Below are positions 58,640-64,000 of a stretch of 64,000 bases of DNA, in pieces. Every line of letters begins with the position of its first letter. The first letter of the stretch is position 1. The notes below the pieces were generated by a model. That model ran no database searches. It saw only the letters and a program-made list of their open reading frames with translations, and was not told where the DNA came from. The translations under genes and the position numbers were made by a program. Where the stretch lies: NCBI GenBank assembly GCA_032718475.1, contig JAUCBJ010004830.1, positions 1 to 64,000 on the forward strand, given 5' to 3'. Origin of the DNA: Nemertoderma westbladi. Lineage: Eukaryota; Animalia; Xenacoelomorpha.

Positions 58640-59480
58640 TCAAAAATACTCCGGCCCCATCTTCGCCCGCGACTTCGCCTGCGACTCCGGCCCCGTCTCT
58701 GCCCGCGACTCCGCCTGTGACTCTGTTCGCGAGTCTGTCCGCGACTCTGTCCGCGAATCCACCCTCGACACCACCCGTGACTCCGCCCGCGACACTGCCC
58801 CCGACGTTCCCACCAAACAGATCAAATATATGGTCGTCATGCTGTGGGACAACCTGTGTCACGTGGAGGCTGGCTGGCTCCAGCACCCCATTGGGAGTGG
58901 CAGTAGACTTGACCCAGCCAAATATCTGCCACCCCCGATCTCCTTATGCCTCTAGCTGGTGTTGGACGAAGTCACGGACCTTGTATTCGTCCACTGATTG
59001 ATTTTTCGACTGAAAATGTAAATAATATTTGAAATATAAAAATTGAAACTAAATTTGTAATTTAAATTATCCAAATATTACGTTTTAATAATACAATAAT
59101 AGCCATTACAGTCCTGCTCTCGAAAAGCATTCCTTTGATCAAACATTGATCAAACTTTGATCAAACATTGATGTCATTAATGAAACGGCTCCCACAATGC
59201 CTCTGCCCCTGGCTCCCGCACCGCCTCCACCCCCAGCTCCCGTAATGCCTCCACCCCTGGCTCCTTCCTGCAATGCGCCGCGCCGCCCCCAGCCATGTAA
59301 ACATTGAATTGGTAGAGTGGGGCCACCGGAATCACTCACGTGATATGAACTCTGGCGTCTTCAGGTACACCATTGACCAAGGTAGTCAGTCGGCTTACCC
59401 CAGCCGAGGATCTACCACCCTATCCCTCCGTATAATTCCAACTCATTGTTGACGTGGTCGCGGGCATTGAGATCTGGGAT
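58640..59480 (-). pseudogene. Two tandem degenerate copies of an unidentified GW-x-I-x-GW-x-K domain, each with a Gly/Ala-rich tail
   Basis: Manual translation; alignment given in the findings. Confidence 0.55.
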
Positions 59481-60813
59481 CATCCGTAGTTGCGTTTGAA
59501 AATATTAAACATAAGTTCATTATAAAATTAACCCTTTTGAGATCCTGTGCCCTATGCGGGCTACCACTTTTAGAGGGTACTGTGGACAAGCAATATAATA
59601 TTTATATACTGCCATCTGAAATGTCCCGTAATCCATATAGGAAGCCAATGAATAGCATGTCCATTTTTATGATTTTGTCACATTAGATGTTGACCAATTA
59701 CTTCAATTTCTATACAGAATGGAATTTTTTGAATCTTATGGCTGAGCAGTACCATGCCACGGTGTCCGGACAATTGCGACCCGGACAATTGCGACCCATG
59801 ATTTTTTGTTGCGGTTGGCCCTACATTATTCGCAATTAGATATTCTGGAATGTTTTGAATTAAAATTAATTGTTTTGTCATAACCTACATATATTGTTAA
59901 CATTGTTCATGCATTATTTTTTTACTAGCTATTATTGATTGTCCTAACTTTATAATTATTACATAAATATAAATTTAAAACAAATCAAAATTAAATCTAA
60001 AATAACCTGTTAAAAACCAAAAATAATTTTGCTAATGATGGGAAACTAATTCGAGTCTGATAGGGTTAGTCAATTTTTTTATCATCACGACGAAAATACG
60101 TGATATGATAATGGCCATGAGGTACTGAACATAGAACAAATATAATGTGCAATCAATCCACCCTATGTCAAGTTTCCTCTGGGCCTCAATCACAGAATGA
60201 AGAATTTTCTCATCCTTCACAAGAAACATGGCATCTACTGGAGTCTTATCATGAAACTCAATCATTGAGTTTACCTCCTTCTCCTGTCTCTCTGGGATGA
60301 CCAAAGGGTGGTAGTTTTGCAGAATCTCTTGATAGCCTCTCTGGCCAAGGAGATCTTGGATCGTAGGTGAGATGATATTTCATCTGCACCAGTTGATCCA
60401 CATCTGAACTGAAAGAACCACAGTAGGCACTTCAGGTGGCCATCTAAACTTTCACCCTTTGTGCCACATTTCTCACGCTCCTCTGCCATCACGAACTTCA
60501 ACTGCCCAATGTCACAGACTGTACAGTTCTATAAAACCCTGATCAGTGGTGCCCAACCGCCTTTGAACCTGGAATACAATAGTAGCAGCCATGTTAAGGT
60601 TTTGCTTGACATATTTTTGACTGTTACGTTGATCCACCTCCATGGAGTCCTTCTATTTCTGGAGAACCTATACATGGGTCGGATCAAACCTTAGGTCAAA
60701 ATCATGTATAGCAAGCTTGCCCTTAACCGATTGCACACCCCAGTTATAGCCAGGTGTGACACCCTTCCCAACCACCTCTTCGCAATCACTATCATCGGAT
60801 ATTCATAGATAGA

Positions 60814-60935
60814 TTGTACCGGTACCTAAGAATGTAGCAGCTAGGCCTAGTGACACTCTGACATGCCTACCTTCAGACTTTACGACCCTCAAACTATAAA
60901 CTAACTTAATTAAATAACAATTACTCCAGGAATCT
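60814..60935 (+). repeat. Dispersed copy of the LINE 5' leader at 44057-44184
   Basis: ttgtaccggtacctaagaatg...actccaggaatct identical apart from a short (~6-bp) deletion. Confidence 0.9.
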
Positions 60936-62449
60936 TAATCATGTAAAAATAAATAAATAAATCAATCAATCAATCAATCATCATCATCAATAACTCTGGG
61001 GCGTTTAGGAGGTGGTATGATCTCTCCTTCACTATCAGCATCATCTGAGGAAAAACAAAAATTAAAGTTCCTCCTACAACCTTTATCCTTAGGACAGAGT
61101 CGCACCTTGCAAGGATGACTGAACAAGGGGTGGTAGGGGAAGGCAAGTTTATCATTGAAGGTGATGCTGAAAGTGAAGGAAGATCTACAGAAATCTGCCC
61201 CTCATTAAGGTCTCCGTTGCCAATACCAGTGGGACTGGTTGCAGTTGCAGTACTGGTAATAAGTTGACTAGGCCTACAATTTGCAGCATAACATAACTGC
61301 TATTAGTGGTACTAGTAGTACCCTAACAGTGGTACTGATCGGCACACTAGACGGAGCTCTAGAAGTACCACTAATATCAGCTTGCAAAACCCCAGCACAA
61401 GCAATGGAGCCTCTGATACCACTACCTGCCTGACTTCCTATGTTTCTATATTTTATAAAGTCATTGCCTCTTAATGATATAACTTTGTTTAGGACACTCT
61501 TATCAACTTTTTTACCTAGCCGCGAAGTAACCCAATCAGACAATAATTTAGCCCCCTCCCCAACATTGTTTGCTCCCATAATTTGCCTAAATACTGTATA
61601 AATAGAATCTTCTAGATTATTGATGACCTTTGTAGATTTAGATTGGGACTGTGCTTCTTTAAATTCATGCATTCGTAGTTTGGATTCTTCCTTACTTAAA
61701 TTATGAAATTTCTGAAGATGTGTAGAGAGGTACTTCTGTGGCCTAGGGGTATCACAATACATATAGCGAATTGGTTTCAAAGGAATAACTTTGGAGGCTC
61801 CAGTGCCAGTTGGGGTAGAATCATCGGAATCAGAATAAGACATATTAGATAAGAAAGAGTGGAGAGTGAAAAAAGAAATAATAAATCAAATTGCAGTTGA
61901 GGTGAAAGATAACGTTAATAGAACAATTCGTAGATCATAGAAAATATAGATTGATGTAGAAATTGAGTATATCGAAGAAATAATATTTATAGAAGAATGC
62001 AAATATTGCAGTTGAGTTGATAAAATTCGTAGAACAATTCATAGATCAAAGTAAATAGAGATTGATATAGAAATTGAGTGAATGAAATTATTGCAGTTGA
62101 GTGGATAACATTCGTAGATCAAAGAAAATAATCAGTTAAGGTTGTATTAAATAGATATTGACAATATTAAAGAAATTAATATTTATTGAAGATTTTATTG
62201 AAGATATATTTAATGAAATTAATGCAGTTGAGAGGTATAGAGAGGTTTAATATATATTAATTAAGAAATCAGTATATAGGCCTAAAATTATATAATTTTG
62301 CTAATGGTAATCATGAGGATGAACAATCAATGAGGGTAATCATGGAATAATCCATACCTGAATAGGGTTTATATTCATGGACTACGCCAATATATGAAAC
62401 AATATAATATTAATAAATATTAATATAATATGTCCAAAATTGAAGGGAA

Positions 62450-62600
62450 CAGTTTAACTGTTAAAAGTTTAACTGTCAGTGCTACAAAAATCTGGAACGC
62501 ATCTCTTATTACTCTAAAACAAATACGAAAACTAAAAACTTACATGGATAGCATTAAAAATCACTATTTTACAATATATGACCGTGACTCCATAACATAG
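62450..62600 (+). pseudogene. LINE ORF2 extreme C-terminus remnant
   Basis: SLTVSATKIWN...LK.....K.Y...IK.HY pattern. Confidence 0.45.
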
Positions 62601-63682
62601 CAACAAGTAACTTACACAACTTAGAATATACTGTGATAAAGTAAACAATTAATGTGTGTACGTATGTGTGGGTGGTGTAGTATGTGTGAAATAATGGTGT
62701 TTGTAATTGTAAGTATGGGGTGTGTGTGTGTCTACGCGCCAATGTATTGGGTATGTATGCACAACATCAATATGACTCCAGTGGATACCAGTAATGTAAT
62801 TAGTGTAGGTCAAGGATTTGTCTGCCATACATGACGCTTATTCCCATAAATTATCAGCCGGGGCCACCCTCCATGCTGCATTCAATTATTTTACATATTT
62901 GAAGTTTTGGGAATAAAATAATTTATTATTATTATTATTATTAATAGGTTCATGATCTAAACCTAACTCACCCTCCAATTCTGCTAATTTCTCAAGCACT
63001 CCAATTTCATGCATCTTTGTTTGTTTTGTTGTACATTTACTGTATACCGTATACCGATACTGAAGGTAATTGAGGAATACATTTTGTGCAGGAGTTTTAT
63101 TATTTTGTTCCTGGAGGATGGACTGCATGATACGGCAATGCATTACTGAAAATGAAAGTATTTGTATACGAAATCCATTAGGATCTTTTGCTAGGTGAAT
63201 AGCGCAAGATTTTCTTCCAATTTCAGTACATGGATGAATAAGTAGCATCTGATCCTTACAAATATCTCTGGAGGAAAAGTTTGATTCACTATCATCAGTG
63301 CCCTTATAAAGGAGACGTTTATGGATATTATAGCAATCAGTTATGTCCATATATGTTGACCCATGTAAACATTCTCTCATCAATTGATTTTCTGGAAGTT
63401 CATAATAGTCCAGAAGTTCTTGAATATAAACATCTTCAAAATGTCGTCGTCCACTAGTTACAAATTTTAAAACATCAGTTACGGAATTCTAATGTAAATC
63501 TATTCGCTTCACTTAAACGATATATATATTATATTATATATACCAATTGAAGGAAAGGAGCAAGTTACAGGAGGCAGCAGGCTATTCTAACCAAAACAAA
63601 AAACGGCCACTTTACCAATTGTGGGATATGAGCAGGTTACAGAGGCGGGCTTATATATATATATTATGTTATATACACCAAT

Positions 63683-64000
63683 ACTACTACTACTAGGATC
63701 GGCATGCTGCATTGCAGCTGCATTTTTAAGAATGCTGTGCCGGCTTGTCAACAAAATTGCACCGCCACAACTCCCTATCACCCATGACATTTGCTAGATC
63801 ATCCGCATCTTTAAGGCCAGTGTCCTTTAAGATGCGTCTCAAGAAAGTCATGGGCTGTCCACCATGCTTATTCACTCCATGAGGCTGCCAAAGTACAAGA
63901 TTATGCACTGGCTGGTCCTCACGGCGAAAGCAATGTCCTGCAAAGAGGAGGCGATTTTGTTCTAGTGTCAAGCTTGGGGGAACCAATGAGACACCTCCAA
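63683..64000 (-). mobile_element. RTE-clade LINE 3' end, copy 4 (runs off the window)
   Basis: Near-identical to 34440-34760, with a (TAG)n tail. Confidence 0.9.

Overview
AT-rich eukaryotic (very likely invertebrate animal) DNA made almost entirely of nested transposable elements, satellites and an endogenous virus remnant; no confident host gene was found. The centrepiece is a young, full-length ~14.5-kb BEL/Pao LTR retrotransposon (9473-23947, minus strand, LTRs differing at only 2 positions I could see) inserted into a dead CR1-type LINE. It is unusual in four ways. (1) It carries an extra sense ORF after pol encoding a WRN/EXD/Mut-7-like DEDDy 3'-5' exonuclease plus CCHC zinc knuckles. 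(2) An array of 27 small GGTAC-N3-GTACC hairpins lies between pol and that ORF. (3) It has no TGG tRNA primer-binding site; that position is complementary to its own LTR. (4) A UGA-CUAG / AG|GUGAGU signal sits in the gag N-terminus. Also present: an internally deleted Polinton/adintovirus cassette (pPolB N-terminus, major capsid protein, a frameshifted adenain protease missed by the ORF track), three kinds of rolling-circle (Helitron-type) Rep/PIF1 remnants, Gypsy, second BEL, RTE, CR1/L2, pogo, hATm-like and piggyBac fragments, a foldback MITE and many tandem arrays. All family calls come from motif recognition by eye; no database search was run.
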